DNA of 64,000 nucleotides from an uncultured Chloroflexia bacterium (GCA_963767035.1 CAVYBW010000001.1:2182547-2246546), one strand, 5' to 3'; positions 45,882 to 55,755 are shown, numbered from the stretch's first letter. A program made the numbers and translations. Notes: generated by a model from the letters alone, not told the origin.

Positions 45882-48461
45882 TTATGGTGCGACATCCTGC
45901 GCACATCGAAAACCAACATTAATATTCGCCAGATCGGGGCGGAACGAATTGCGGCCTGTAGTATGCGCCGACATCAGGTCGTCGAACCACGAACCACCAC
46001 GCAACACCCGCGAACCGTCGCCGCTCGGCAATTCCCGGCCATCATTTGGATGATACGGGTAGGGGAAATAGAGCGTTTGCGTCCATTCCCAGACATTGCC
46101 TGCAAGATCTAGTGTGCCATAGGGTCCAGCGTTTGGCAATGTGCCAACCGGTAGCGTGCGGCCTAGCCCAAAATCCTTAATATTCAGCAAACTAGCATCA
46201 GCTTGATCGCCCCACGGGAAAATTGTGCGTTGATCGCCACGGGCAGCGCGTTCCCATTCGGCCTCAGTTGGTAAGCGCTTGCCACGCCATTCGCAATAAC
46301 TGAAGGCATCATCCCAAGTTACATTCACGACGGGATGTTGGCTTAACGAAATTGGCACTGTTCGATCAGGCAGCCAAACCGAAAGCCCAACCGGATCAAA
46401 TGAGTTGGTCGGTACAGACCGATCGGTCGCGCTAATAAATTCAGTGTAGGCTTGGTTGGTAACTTCCGTCTGATCAAGATAAAAGGCTGTGGTTGAAATC
46501 GGCGTTGCTGGTTCTTCGTTTTGCAAGCCTTCCCAGCCATAAATTGCTTTGTAATGCGCCAAATCTTCGGCGGTTGCGCCCATTGTCCAACGCCCACCAG
46601 CAATAAAATCCATGCCTTCGGGCACATAAAAATTCGTGGTCACGCAACGAAAACCAATAATATTCAATGGCAATTCGGGGTCGCGGCGTTCGCGCACCGC
46701 AGCGCGGGCATTCTCAGGATTGGTGCCGCTAAAACTGCCGCGTACAATTCGCGATCCCGGTTGGGTTGGCACTTCACGGCCATCGCCAGCATTGTAGGGG
46801 TAGGGCAAATCAAGGCTACTCGTCCATTCCCAGACATTGCCAGCCAAATCCACAACGCCTTCAGGCGTCGCGCCATTGGGATAACTACCAACTGATTGGG
46901 TATCGCCAGCAACGCCAGCACCCCAAGCATTCAAGCGGCTGGCATCCCAATCATTGCCCCAAGGATAGCGTCGGCCTTCGGTGCCACGGGCAGCGCGTTC
47001 CCACTCAGCCTCGCTGGGCAAGCGTTTATTTTGGGCTTGGCAATAAGTCAAGGCTTGCTGCCACGTCACATTAATCACCGGATAATCGGCGTACTCGGCG
47101 TTAGTGTAATAATCGCTGGCGGTCAACGAGCTACGGTCGGCTGGCTCGCTACAGCGTTGTTGCGCAACACAAGCGCGATAGGCTGCCACCGTAATCTCGG
47201 TGCGATCGATATAAAAGGTTGGCAAATAACCTCGGCCAACTGGTTGCTCGTTGGGCGAGCCATCGTCGCTACCAATTACAAAGGTGCCACCTGTAATCGC
47301 AACCATGCCCGGTGGCGCTGGCCCAATCACCACTGGAACGACGGTCGGCTCAATTGGGGTCGGCGCTGCCAAACTCGGCGTAATTTGAGCGATGCTGGTT
47401 GGCTCAAGTTTGGTTTCAAATAGGCCAAAACTGCGGGTCAGCAAAAAGCCAATCACGCCAATAGCCACAATCGCCATGGCAACCCACCACCAATTGGTGG
47501 TTTTGTGCTTGGGCACGCTGGCTTGATGCAGCACCGTAGCATCGGGCAGCGCCGCACCTTGAACGAGCGATTGATCAACGGCAATTTGGAATTCGCGCAT
47601 CGATTGAAAACGATCATCGGGATCGGGATGCATGGCGCGATGCAACACATCGCTCAAGGCGATTGGCACCGTTTCGCGTAGATTATGCGCCAACGGTGGG
47701 CGAGTGCTTTCCCGTTTGCCTGGCTCAAAACGGGTTATGAGTTCGTGAATCACCATCGCCAAGCTATAAATATCCGAGCGATGGTCAGTCTGGCCAAAGC
47801 CATATTGCTCAGGCGGCGCATAGCCAGGCGTACCATAAATCACCGTATCGCCTTCTTGGCCGTGCTTGAATAAGCGGGCAATGCCAAAATCGATCAAGGC
47901 AATGCGGCCATCGGGGCGCAGCATAATATTCGGTGGCTTGAGATCGCGATAGATAATCGGCGGGTTTTGATTATGTAAATATTGCAGCACATTGGTCAAT
48001 TGGCGCATCCAATCGATCACCGTTTCTAAAGCTAATGGCTCAACTCGGCCTTCCAACTCGGCGCGCAGGGTTTGGCCTTCGACATATTCCATGACCAAAA
48101 ATTCATTCTCATCATGGCGAAACTGGTCGATCACACGCGGCAAATTGGGGTGACTCAAGCGGGCCAAAAGCGCTGCTTCGCGGCGAAATTCGCCAACGGC
48201 ACGCTCCCAAGCATCGGTATCGCCTGGTTGATGCAAGCCCGTCATCTCTTTGAGCGCAACCGGCGCATCACCAAGCCGCCGATCGGTGGCCAAATAGACG
48301 GCGCCCATACCACCACGGGCTAGCGGACGCACCACGATATAGCGATCAATTAAAACATCGCCATTGGCAAGCCGGCCAGTCCAACGGGGGAGACCAGCAC
48401 CACACTTGGGGCAGAAACGCGCCCCAGTTTTCAATTCAGTTGAACAGCGTGGACAAACCAT
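45882..48461 (-). CDS. Ser/Thr protein kinase with N-terminal zinc ribbon, one TM helix and two C-terminal FGE-sulfatase (SUMF1-like) domains
   Basis: CPRCS...CPKCG zinc ribbon, Hanks kinase motifs (HRDLKPPNIML, DFG, GTPGYAPPE), a TM segment, then duplicated FGE motifs (RGGSW / RVLRGGSWF, WEWT). Confidence 0.85.
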   Translation of the reverse strand: MVCPRCSTELKTGARFCPKCGAGLPRWTGRLANGDVLIDRYIVVRPLARGGMGAVYLATDRRLGDAPVALKEMTGLHQPGDTDAWERAVGEFRREAALLARLSHPNLPRVIDQFRHDENEFLVMEYVEGQTLRAELEGRVEPLALETVIDWMRQLTNVLQYLHNQNPPIIYRDLKPPNIMLRPDGRIALIDFGIARLFKHGQEGDTVIYGTPGYAPPEQYGFGQTDHRSDIYSLAMVIHELITRFEPGKRESTRPPLAHNLRETVPIALSDVLHRAMHPDPDDRFQSMREFQIAVDQSLVQGAALPDATVLHQASVPKHKTTNWWWVAMAIVAIGVIGFLLTRSFGLFETKLEPTSIAQITPSLAAPTPIEPTVVPVVIGPAPPGMVAITGGTFVIGSDDGSPNEQPVGRGYLPTFYIDRTEITVAAYRACVAQQRCSEPADRSSLTASDYYTNAEYADYPVINVTWQQALTYCQAQNKRLPSEAEWERAARGTEGRRYPWGNDWDASRLNAWGAGVAGDTQSVGSYPNGATPEGVVDLAGNVWEWTSSLDLPYPYNAGDGREVPTQPGSRIVRGSFSGTNPENARAAVRERRDPELPLNIIGFRCVTTNFYVPEGMDFIAGGRWTMGATAEDLAHYKAIYGWEGLQNEEPATPISTTAFYLDQTEVTNQAYTEFISATDRSVPTNSFDPVGLSVWLPDRTVPISLSQHPVVNVTWDDAFSYCEWRGKRLPTEAEWERAARGDQRTIFPWGDQADASLLNIKDFGLGRTLPVGTLPNAGPYGTLDLAGNVWEWTQTLYFPYPYHPNDGRELPSGDGSRVLRGGSWFDDLMSAHTTGRNSFRPDLANINVGFRCAQDVAP

Positions 48462-48632
48462 GAATTCAGCCTCTTGTGCAGCAGCATTGTCATCCTATTG
48501 TAGCATCCTGATCAAGCCATCTCAATCGTTAGAATCAGCTATTTACTAAGGCCTGAAAGCCGAAAACCCTTGACACCTAACCCATAGGGGGGATTGGAAT
48601 TAAAATCCCCTCTTCCTAGGGCTGATAGGCTG

Positions 48633-48657
48633 TTGCATCACCCGTACAGCGTGCTAT
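48633..48657 (+). promoter_or_regulatory. Candidate sigma70 promoter (TTGCAT-16-TATACT) upstream of the NarL-type HK/RR pair
   Basis: Hexamers read directly from the sequence, about 45 nt before the GTG start, which has a GGAAGGAAG RBS. Confidence 0.4.
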
Positions 48658-48700
48658 ACTGCAGATCTCAGAACTAGCACCATGTAGGAAGGAAGTCCTT

Positions 48701-49714
48701 GTGGCCGATGCAGCAGCGTTACTTGCACAAGCACAGACCCAATTGGCAGCTGCCTTGCAGGCCTTGCGAGGTGAAGCGGCGCAACTGCGTGAGCGGCATA
48801 CTGCGATTGCCCACCAAGGCCGCCAGATGTATCGGACTGCTGATGAGCTAGCGGTTCAGCGAACATTCGCCGAGCAGCTGAACACCCCAGCAATCGGGCG
48901 TTTGCGCCAACAAGAAACTGAGTTGCGCAGCAAAATGGCGAACCTCGATGCTGAAACTAGCGCCACTGCTGAAGCCCTCAAACGCCTCGAACAGCTGATT
49001 CGCCAAATCGAGATGAGCAGTACTAGTCTCAGTGGCACCACGACGATTGGCCAACAAAATGACCCTTGGGCGCTAGCCTTGCGTGGTCAGATTGTCCAAG
49101 GCCGCGAAGACGAACGCTTACGCCTGGCCCGCGAAGTCCACGATGGGCCAGCCCAAGTTTTAGCCAACGTCTTGATGGGCTTGGAACATGCCATGAATTT
49201 GCAGCAAAGTAATCCGGGCCAACTCGAAGCATTTTTAAACGAACTGCGCAGTGCTGCTCGCCAAGGACTCCACGAAGTGCGCGGCTTTATCGCCGATTTG
49301 CGGCCAGGTGCGCTCGAGCAAGGCTTCCCCACTGCCTTGGCTGATTATGTGCAAAAATACCAACAGACGACCAAGGTCAAGGTAAGCATTGACCTGCTCC
49401 ATTGGCCAAACCGCCTTCCAGCTGAAGCTGAGATTGTGCTCTATCGGGTAACACAAGAAGCATTGCAGAATATCCATAAACATGCCCGCAATGCCAATGT
49501 TTTGATCCGCAGTATGTTGCAAGGCAACCTGCTGATCTTCACCATCCGCGACGATGGCCCGGGCTTTGATCCACGTAACGTTGTGCAGCGCTCTGGCAAA
49601 GAGAGTTGGGGCTTGACCAGTATGCGCGAACGAGTTGCCTTACTTGGCGGAGATTTTGCCATTGCTTCACGCCTTGGGGCTGGCACTGAAGTAACCATCC
49701 GGATTACCATCTAA
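48701..49714 (+). CDS. Sensor histidine kinase, NarL/DegS type (HisKA_3)
   Basis: N-terminal coiled coil, the H-box REDERLRLAREVHDGPAQ and a HATPase_c domain. Confidence 0.85.
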   Translation: MADAAALLAQAQTQLAAALQALRGEAAQLRERHTAIAHQGRQMYRTADELAVQRTFAEQLNTPAIGRLRQQETELRSKMANLDAETSATAEALKRLEQLIRQIEMSSTSLSGTTTIGQQNDPWALALRGQIVQGREDERLRLAREVHDGPAQVLANVLMGLEHAMNLQQSNPGQLEAFLNELRSAARQGLHEVRGFIADLRPGALEQGFPTALADYVQKYQQTTKVKVSIDLLHWPNRLPAEAEIVLYRVTQEALQNIHKHARNANVLIRSMLQGNLLIFTIRDDGPGFDPRNVVQRSGKESWGLTSMRERVALLGGDFAIASRLGAGTEVTIRITI

Positions 49715-49736
49715 GCTCACCCAGAAGGAGATACCC

Positions 49737-50477
49737 ATGGAGTTAATTCGCGTTCTTATCATTGATGATCACCCACTTTTTCGCCAAGGCATCTGCTGGA
49801 GCCTCGGCCAAGAAACTGATATCGAGGTGATCGGCCAAGCCGAAAATGGCGCTGAGGCAATTAAACTCACTGAAACGCTCAATCCTAATGTCGTTCTGCT
49901 GGATATTAATTTGCCAGGCTTGAACGGTTTGGAGGTTGCGCGGGTGCTCAAACGCCGTGCGCCACGTATGGGCATTATCGTGCTCAGCATTCACGACGAC
50001 GATGAGCAATTGTTCAACGCAATCAAGGCTGGCGCAGCCGCCTATGCGTCCAAGGAAATCGATCCCACTCAATTGGTGGGCATGATTCGCGATGTGGCCC
50101 ACGGTCGCTATGTAATCAACGAAAGCGTCATGTCGAAGCCTCACGTTGCCACGCGGGTGCTCAACCAATTTCGCGAGCTTTCCAACGTCGCCAATAGCAG
50201 CGAAGAAACCTCGTCGATGTTTGCACCCTTGACCAGTCGCGAAATTGAAATTCTCGATTGTATCGCCCGTGGTCTCTCCAACAAAGAAATTGCCAACCAA
50301 CTCTCAATTAGCGGCCAAACCGTCAAAAACCACATTACCTCAATTCTCAGCAAGCTCCAAGTCAACGACCGCACGATGGCTGTTATTCATGCTATTCAAC
50401 AAGGTTGGATCAAACTGGGCTATGATGAAAGTCGTGAAAGCCGTGAAAGCCGTGAAAGCCGCAGTCGCACCGCTTGA
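49737..50477 (+). CDS. LuxR/NarL-family response regulator with a C-terminal (ESR)n tail
   Basis: REC (VLIIDDHP ... DINLPG) plus a LuxR HTH (LTSREIEILDCIARGLSNKEIA). Confidence 0.85.
   Translation: MELIRVLIIDDHPLFRQGICWSLGQETDIEVIGQAENGAEAIKLTETLNPNVVLLDINLPGLNGLEVARVLKRRAPRMGIIVLSIHDDDEQLFNAIKAGAAAYASKEIDPTQLVGMIRDVAHGRYVINESVMSKPHVATRVLNQFRELSNVANSSEETSSMFAPLTSREIEILDCIARGLSNKEIANQLSISGQTVKNHITSILSKLQVNDRTMAVIHAIQQGWIKLGYDESRESRESRESRSRTA
50427..50468 (+). repeat. In-frame 9 bp tandem repeat AGCCGTGAA times 4.5, encoding ESRESRESRESRSR
   Basis: Direct repeat at the 3' end of the regulator gene. Confidence 0.6.
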
Positions 50478-50522
50478 CGAACAGGCCGTCTCTCGGCTAA
50501 AGTTGGCCTATCGCTGTTAATT

Positions 50523-50555
50523 CGCAGCCTCGCTACGGCGGGGCTGTTGTTTTTG
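50523..50555 (+). terminator. Intrinsic terminator after the regulator gene
   Basis: CAGCCTCGC-tacg-GCGGGGCTG followed by TTGTTTTTGG. Confidence 0.5.
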
Positions 50556-50565
50556 GAGGGGATCA

Positions 50566-51672
50566 ATGTCGATTGCATTTAACGATCTTGGGCGACATGT
50601 TGCGACCATGGCGGCGGAGATCGAGGCGGCTAGTACCCGCGTATTGCGCAGTGGTTGGTTTGTGTTAGGGCCGGAAGTTCGGGCTTTCGAGGCAGAATGG
50701 GCAGCCTATTGTGGCGCACGCCATTGTATCAGCCTAGCCACTGGCACCGATGCCTTGATTTTAGGGCTGCGCGCTTTAGGGTTGCAAACTGGCGACGAAG
50801 TGCTGACTGTGGCCAATGCTGGCAGCTATACCACCTTTGCGACCCATACCATTGGCGCTACCCCACGTTATGTCGATGTTGATCCACTGTGCTATACGCT
50901 TGATCCAAGGCAATTAGCCGCCGCAATTACGCCGCGCACCAAAGTGATTGTACCGGTGCATTTATATGGCCAGGTCGCCGATCTCACAGCCATCTTGGCA
51001 ATTGCCGCCGATCACCAATTGCCAGTGCTCGAAGATTGTGCTCAAGCCCATGGCGCACGCTATCAAGGCCAGCATGTTGGCACATTCGGCGCTTTAGGCA
51101 CATTTTCATTCTACCCAACCAAAAATTTGGGTGCATTGGGCGATGGCGGGGCAATTATCACCAACGACGATGCGCTGGCTGCCAAAATCAAACAATTGCG
51201 CACCTATGGCTGGGCCAGCAAATACCAAGTAACGCTTGAGAACGGCACCAACAGCCGGCTCGATGAATTGCAAGCAGCAATTTTGCGGGTAAAATTAGCG
51301 CAGCTTGATACCCAAAATTCACGCCGTCAAGCCCTCGCTGCCCGCTACAATGCAGGTTTAGCTTCAACTCCAATTCAAACTCCCCAGCTTGATGCAGCCC
51401 AACATGTTCAGCATTTGTATGTAGTGCGGGTTGCTGCCGAGCAACGCCAAGCGCTGCGCGACCATTTGCAAGCAGCAGGCATTGGCAGCGATGTCCATTA
51501 TCCTATCGCCGATCATCAGCAACCAGCTTGGGCCGAGCGCTATCAGGATGTGCGTTTGCCAGTGACTGAAACGCTGAGCACTGAAATTCTATCGTTGCCA
51601 TGCTACCCTGAGCTAAGCGATGCTGAAGTCGATCAGGTGATTAGCTGTGTGCAAGCCTTTTTTGCTGGTTAG
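50566..51672 (+). CDS. DegT/DnrJ/EryC1/StrS-family PLP-dependent sugar aminotransferase
   Basis: Typical family length; PLP lysine region ([17 protein letters not shown]). Confidence 0.85.
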   Translation: MSIAFNDLGRHVATMAAEIEAASTRVLRSGWFVLGPEVRAFEAEWAAYCGARHCISLATGTDALILGLRALGLQTGDEVLTVANAGSYTTFATHTIGATPRYVDVDPLCYTLDPRQLAAAITPRTKVIVPVHLYGQVADLTAILAIAADHQLPVLEDCAQAHGARYQGQHVGTFGALGTFSFYPTKNLGALGDGGAIITNDDALAAKIKQLRTYGWASKYQVTLENGTNSRLDELQAAILRVKLAQLDTQNSRRQALAARYNAGLASTPIQTPQLDAAQHVQHLYVVRVAAEQRQALRDHLQAAGIGSDVHYPIADHQQPAWAERYQDVRLPVTETLSTEILSLPCYPELSDAEVDQVISCVQAFFAG

Positions 51673-51801
51673 CAGCTAGTAGCATTTCGCAGGCAGCAGT
51701 TAGTCACAATTTCCTCATTGATTGGCTGCTGCCGCTAAAACCTCAGCTTATCCTCAGACGTCCAATTGCCATCTGGGGCATCCTGCGTATAATGCAAACG
51801 C

Positions 51802-51838
51802 TGGTCAGCGCTACTTGATACGCTGACCATTTATTTGA
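51802..51838 (+). terminator. Hairpin TGGTCAGCG-10nt-CGCTGACCA followed by TTTATTTGAG. It is either the terminator of the aminotransferase gene or a leader hairpin for uppP
   Basis: Perfect 9 bp stem plus a T-rich tail, 20 nt before the uppP start. A TTGCCA-16-TATAAT promoter candidate lies at 51766-51793. Confidence 0.45.
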
Positions 51839-51857
51839 GCATTTCAAGGATTGAACA

Positions 51858-52766
51858 ATGGCACAGACATCACTCGAACAAACTGACCTCTCGCCACGGC
51901 GCGAGGCCTTACGGCTCTGGATTCCCTTGGGAATTGTGCTGCTTTTGACCGTTATCACCGCCTTTTTCTTAACTGGGCAATATCAGATTGCCGCTGGTAA
52001 GGGAATTGTGCAAGGCTTAGGCGAGCCATTGCCCATCTCATCATCAGCCCATTTAATTGTTGTGCCATGGTTTTTCGATTGGCATAATCCCTTTTTTCAA
52101 ACCCAAACCTTTGATGTGGCGCTGCATATGGGCACATTAATTGCCCTATTGTTGTTTTTCTGGCGCGATTGGCTGAATTTAGTCTTGCATGCGCATCAGC
52201 CACGCAGCCAACAAGGCCAAATGTTTTGGTTTATTGTGTTGGCCTCGATTCCAGCAGGGATTGTGGGCTTGCTGCTCGATAGCTTGGCCGAAGAATATTT
52301 TATTGATAAATATTTGGTGATTGCCAGCACAATGAGCATTATGGGCGTTGTATTGTATATTGCCGATCGCTTTGCGCCACGTCGCTATGAACTGACCGAC
52401 CTGACGTGGAAACATGCCTTGTTAGTTGGTTGTGCCCAAGCCTTGGCGTTAATTCCAGGGGTTTCGCGCTCTGGCAGCACCATGACGATGGGTCGCGCCT
52501 TGGGCTTTACCCGTGAAACTGCCGCCCGTTTCTCATTTCTTATGGCAATTCCGATTACCTTTGGGGCGGGTGTGCTGAAATTGCGCGATATCGATAGCTC
52601 GCAATTAACTGCACCCTTTTGGCTTGGAATTAGCGTCTCATTTATCGTCGGCGCGTTAGCGGTTGGCTTCTTGCTCCGTTATATTCGCACCAACTCATTT
52701 TTACCGTTCATCATTTATCGGCTGATTTTAGCAGCGGTGATTGTAGCCGTTTATGTAGCCCGCTAA
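51858..52766 (+). CDS. uppP: Undecaprenyl-diphosphate phosphatase
   Basis: SSSAHL ... SRSGSTM BacA/UppP motifs; 8 TM segments. Confidence 0.9.
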   Translation: MAQTSLEQTDLSPRREALRLWIPLGIVLLLTVITAFFLTGQYQIAAGKGIVQGLGEPLPISSSAHLIVVPWFFDWHNPFFQTQTFDVALHMGTLIALLLFFWRDWLNLVLHAHQPRSQQGQMFWFIVLASIPAGIVGLLLDSLAEEYFIDKYLVIASTMSIMGVVLYIADRFAPRRYELTDLTWKHALLVGCAQALALIPGVSRSGSTMTMGRALGFTRETAARFSFLMAIPITFGAGVLKLRDIDSSQLTAPFWLGISVSFIVGALAVGFLLRYIRTNSFLPFIIYRLILAAVIVAVYVAR

Positions 52767-52802
52767 TAGCTCTATTCTGGCGTAATCGATGCAGGAGGAA
52801 GC

Positions 52803-53489
52803 ATGATTTGTAGCGCGTGCCAAGCCCAAGTTCGTAATACAGCCCAGCATTGTACTGCTTGTGGAACAAAAATCGCTCAAGCAGATCCAGCGACCGGACC
52901 ACTGCCGCAAGCCAAGGTAGTCAAGCCACGCCGACGCTGGGTTAAATCGTGGTGGAGCTTTATCTTAGGCGTTTTGAGCACCAGCTTGATCGTGCCACTC
53001 TTGGGGATTATTGCGCTGTGGATTTTTGGTGGCACAAATGCTCCCCGCACTCCGTCAGCCGTGCCCGATCAGCGTCCAGATATTAGCGTTGATATCGATC
53101 ATAGCTACATCGAACAGGCAATTGCCACCAACCCCGATTTTCACAACCCATTGGTGATTTTAGGCAATCATCCGCAAGGTGGGGTAGCGATGACGGTCAC
53201 GTTGGGGTATGGCTTGCCATTAGTTGGTGTGCAAACGATTCAGGCTCGCACCCAGATTGCCGCAATCGACGGCAATCTGGTGGTAACGACCGAGAATGTT
53301 GGTTTGGGCGAAAATGGTCGTCTCAGTATTCCTGGCTCGGTGGTTGAAAATATGCTCAGTTCAACTCTCAACGAAGAGATTGATAAGCGCCTACGTTCAA
53401 ACCCACAATTGGCAATTGACATTATCAATACAACTACCAGTAATCAGGTTTTGCGGGTTGCAGCGATCATCACGACCAAACCAAAGTAA
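52803..53489 (+). CDS. Hypothetical protein with an N-terminal zinc ribbon and one TM segment
   Basis: CSACQ...CTACG zinc ribbon, a TM helix, then a Gly/Val-rich extracytoplasmic region. Confidence 0.5.
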   Translation: MICSACQAQVRNTAQHCTACGTKIAQADPATGPLPQAKVVKPRRRWVKSWWSFILGVLSTSLIVPLLGIIALWIFGGTNAPRTPSAVPDQRPDISVDIDHSYIEQAIATNPDFHNPLVILGNHPQGGVAMTVTLGYGLPLVGVQTIQARTQIAAIDGNLVVTTENVGLGENGRLSIPGSVVENMLSSTLNEEIDKRLRSNPQLAIDIINTTTSNQVLRVAAIITTKPK

Positions 53490-53503
53490 AACCCTGCTCG
53501 TGG

Positions 53504-54103
53504 TTATTCAGTAATTTCAACGTCAAGCATAAAGCGTTGATTCGGTTCGTCAGCTTCAAAGCCGCGTTGATACACCAACTCAAAGCTGCCTGAACCAACC
53601 TCAACCGCTTTGAAAGAGAAGGTTTCTGTACCGCCAGAGCCTGGCTTTGGATTCGGGTCGGTAGCTTGATATTGGGCTTGGCCTTGTTGTGCCAATAAGT
53701 TGCCAGCATCAGGGCCAATGCTCCAGCTATAGCCAGTGCTCGGGTTACTATCCAGCACAATCTAGATAATATCGCCTTTTCTAAGCTTCATGCCGCGATT
53801 ATTATCCTGCATTGTCAGTTCGTAAACACGTATATTCGCTTGCTTTTGGCTAGTTGGGCCACACTCACCGCGCTGAAAAGCCCATTCTTCACATTCGCTG
53901 CCATCAGGAAAGCCACAAAAGCCAGTTTGATTACCAGCGCCATCTTGGCGAATAGTCAGCATGCCACCATTCTCAGTACAAAATACTGAAGCTGGATTAG
54001 CCATATCAAGCCCAGGAACCGGTGTTGCGCGATTTGCGCCACAGGCGATTAGTACGCTGGCCATTAGCCCAATTCCCACGCTCAGCATTGATCGACGAAT
54101 CAT
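53504..54103 (-). CDS. DUF333 (COG3042 hemolysin-like) lipoprotein fused to a chagasin-family (I42) peptidase-inhibitor domain, interrupted by an in-frame TAG at 53762-53764
   Basis: The upstream ORF has a lipobox (LIAC) and the DUF333 Cys pattern. The downstream ORF has the NPSTGYSW chagasin motif. The chagasin beta-strands begin before the TAG (KLRKGDII*IVLDSNPSTGYSW). Both halves are in the same frame. Confidence 0.6.
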
Positions 54104-54218
54104 CTATTTCAGCTCCATTGCTCTGGATTTCATATCAGCAGATCACCATATTTGCAGTTGTAATGGGCTAACGTGCTGGCATACGCGATTGTTCCCGATT
54201 GGGCAATCAAGCGCAAAC

Positions 54219-54626
54219 TTAACGCGCAGCTTGATCGATAACCCAAGCCCATTGCTCAGGGCTGCATGCCACCACCGAAAGCCGCGATTGGCGCACCAAC
54301 ATCCAATCGGCCAAACGTGGCTCGGCTTTGATTTGGGCCAGCGTAACTGCCTGTTTGAGCGCAACCACTGGCTCAATCTCTACCACCACATGCTTGGGAT
54401 TCTCGCTGTTTGGATCGGGATAGGCGGTGCGGCTAACTTGGGCAATGCCGACTGCGGCCCGCACATCGCCGCTATGATAGATCAAACATTGATCCTCAAG
54501 TTGCATCGCGCGTAAATTGATCAAGGCTTGCGCATTGGTCACACCATTCCAAACCGTTGAACCATCGCGCACTAAATCATCCCAACTAAACTCATTTGGC
54601 TCAGTTTTGAGCAACCAATAGGCCAT
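54219..54626 (-). CDS. EVE (PUA-like) domain protein
   Basis: YWLLKTEP ... W start; EVE/Thump-like fold signature. Confidence 0.75.
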   Translation of the reverse strand: MAYWLLKTEPNEFSWDDLVRDGSTVWNGVTNAQALINLRAMQLEDQCLIYHSGDVRAAVGIAQVSRTAYPDPNSENPKHVVVEIEPVVALKQAVTLAQIKAEPRLADWMLVRQSRLSVVACSPEQWAWVIDQAAR

Positions 54627-54697
54627 TGCAGCGGCTCCTTAACTCAAAAGCACGGATGGCAAAAACCATCCGTGCTTAAACATGCGATTAATCAAGC

Positions 54698-55300
54698 TTA
54701 CTTATCGTTTTCAGCGACCTTGTTCCAATCCAAGACTTCCCACCAAGTTTTGATGTAGTCTGGGCGGCGGTTTTGGTAGCGCAAGTAATACGCATGTTCC
54801 CAAACATCCAAGCCCAACAACGGAGTTTGGCCTTCCATGACTGGTGAGTCTTGGTTGGCGGTGCTGATTACGGCCAATTTGCCTTCGGCATTGCGGACCA
54901 ACCAAGCCCAGCCTGAGCCGAAGCGAGTGGTTGCAGCCTTGGCAAATTGTTCCTTGAAGGCATCCAATGAGCCAAACGTGGCATTGATTTCTTCACCAAG
55001 CTTGCCTGTTGGCTCGCCGCCACCGTTAGGGCTGAGAATGTTCCAGAACAAGCTGTGGTTGGCGTGACCACCACCATTGTTGCGCACAGCGGTGCGAATA
55101 TCTTCGGGCAAGCTGTTCAAATCGCTGATCAATTCGTGGATTGATTTGCTTTGCAATTCGGGATATTTTTCCAAGGCAGCGTTGAGGTTGTTCACATAGG
55201 CAGCGTGGTGCTTGCCATGGTGAATTTCCATGGTTTGCGCATCGATTGCTTTTTCTAAGGCATCGGTTGCATAAGGCAACGCTGGCAGTTCAAAAGCCAT
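54698..55300 (-). CDS. sodA: Fe/Mn superoxide dismutase
   Basis: [14 protein letters not shown] and QNRRPDY motifs. Start taken at MAFELP with an AAAGGAG RBS. Confidence 0.9.
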   Translation of the reverse strand: MAFELPALPYATDALEKAIDAQTMEIHHGKHHAAYVNNLNAALEKYPELQSKSIHELISDLNSLPEDIRTAVRNNGGGHANHSLFWNILSPNGGGEPTGKLGEEINATFGSLDAFKEQFAKAATTRFGSGWAWLVRNAEGKLAVISTANQDSPVMEGQTPLLGLDVWEHAYYLRYQNRRPDYIKTWWEVLDWNKVAENDK

Positions 55301-55440
55301 TGTATGGACTCCTTTGTATCTCAGAGATGCGCTCAAAGTCGCATCAACACACGGTTCCCACATCTATTGTAGCAGAAGTTGGGCCATGCTTGAGGAGCAA
55401 AATCGCGCACATTTGGGATCATGGGGCTTGGTTGTTAGGG

Positions 55441-55755
55441 GTCGGGGATCAGAAATACGGAACCGCAAAGACCACGAAGGAGGTATAGCATGAGTCACAA
55501 CAATCCACCGCATGAATATTTGGGAATGCCCCCCTGCGTTTCCCTCCAGTAGAGGGATGGAAGGGTGGAGAAACGAGGGGTCAGTTGTCAGTGGTTAGGG
55601 TTCAGCAATACAGAAACCATAAAGATCGCAAAGACCACGAAGGAGGTATAGCATGAGTCACAACAATCCACCTACTAAATATTAGGGGGTGCAGGGAGAT
55701 GAAAACCCCCTGCGTTTCCCTCCAGCGGAGGGACGGAAGGGTGGAGATCCATTTA
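55441..55755 (+). repeat. Tandem duplication (period about 163-175 bp) of a unit carrying AAGGAGG-N7-ATG plus a short ORF (MSHNNPP...) and a hairpin, flanked by GGGTCAG-type motifs
   Basis: CAAAGACCACGAAGGAGGTATAGCATGAGTCACAACAATCCACC occurs at 55466 and 55629. CCCTGCGTTTCCCTCCAG..AGGGA.GGAAGGGTGGAGA occurs at 55531 and 55706. Confidence 0.6.

Noticed and set aside
55490-55685. Mini-ORFs MSHNNPPHEYLGMPPCVSLQ and MSHNNPPTKY as genuine protein-coding genes
   Set aside because: The two copies diverge immediately after codon 7, so there is no protein-level conservation. They are kept only as part of the repeat or regulatory-element finding.
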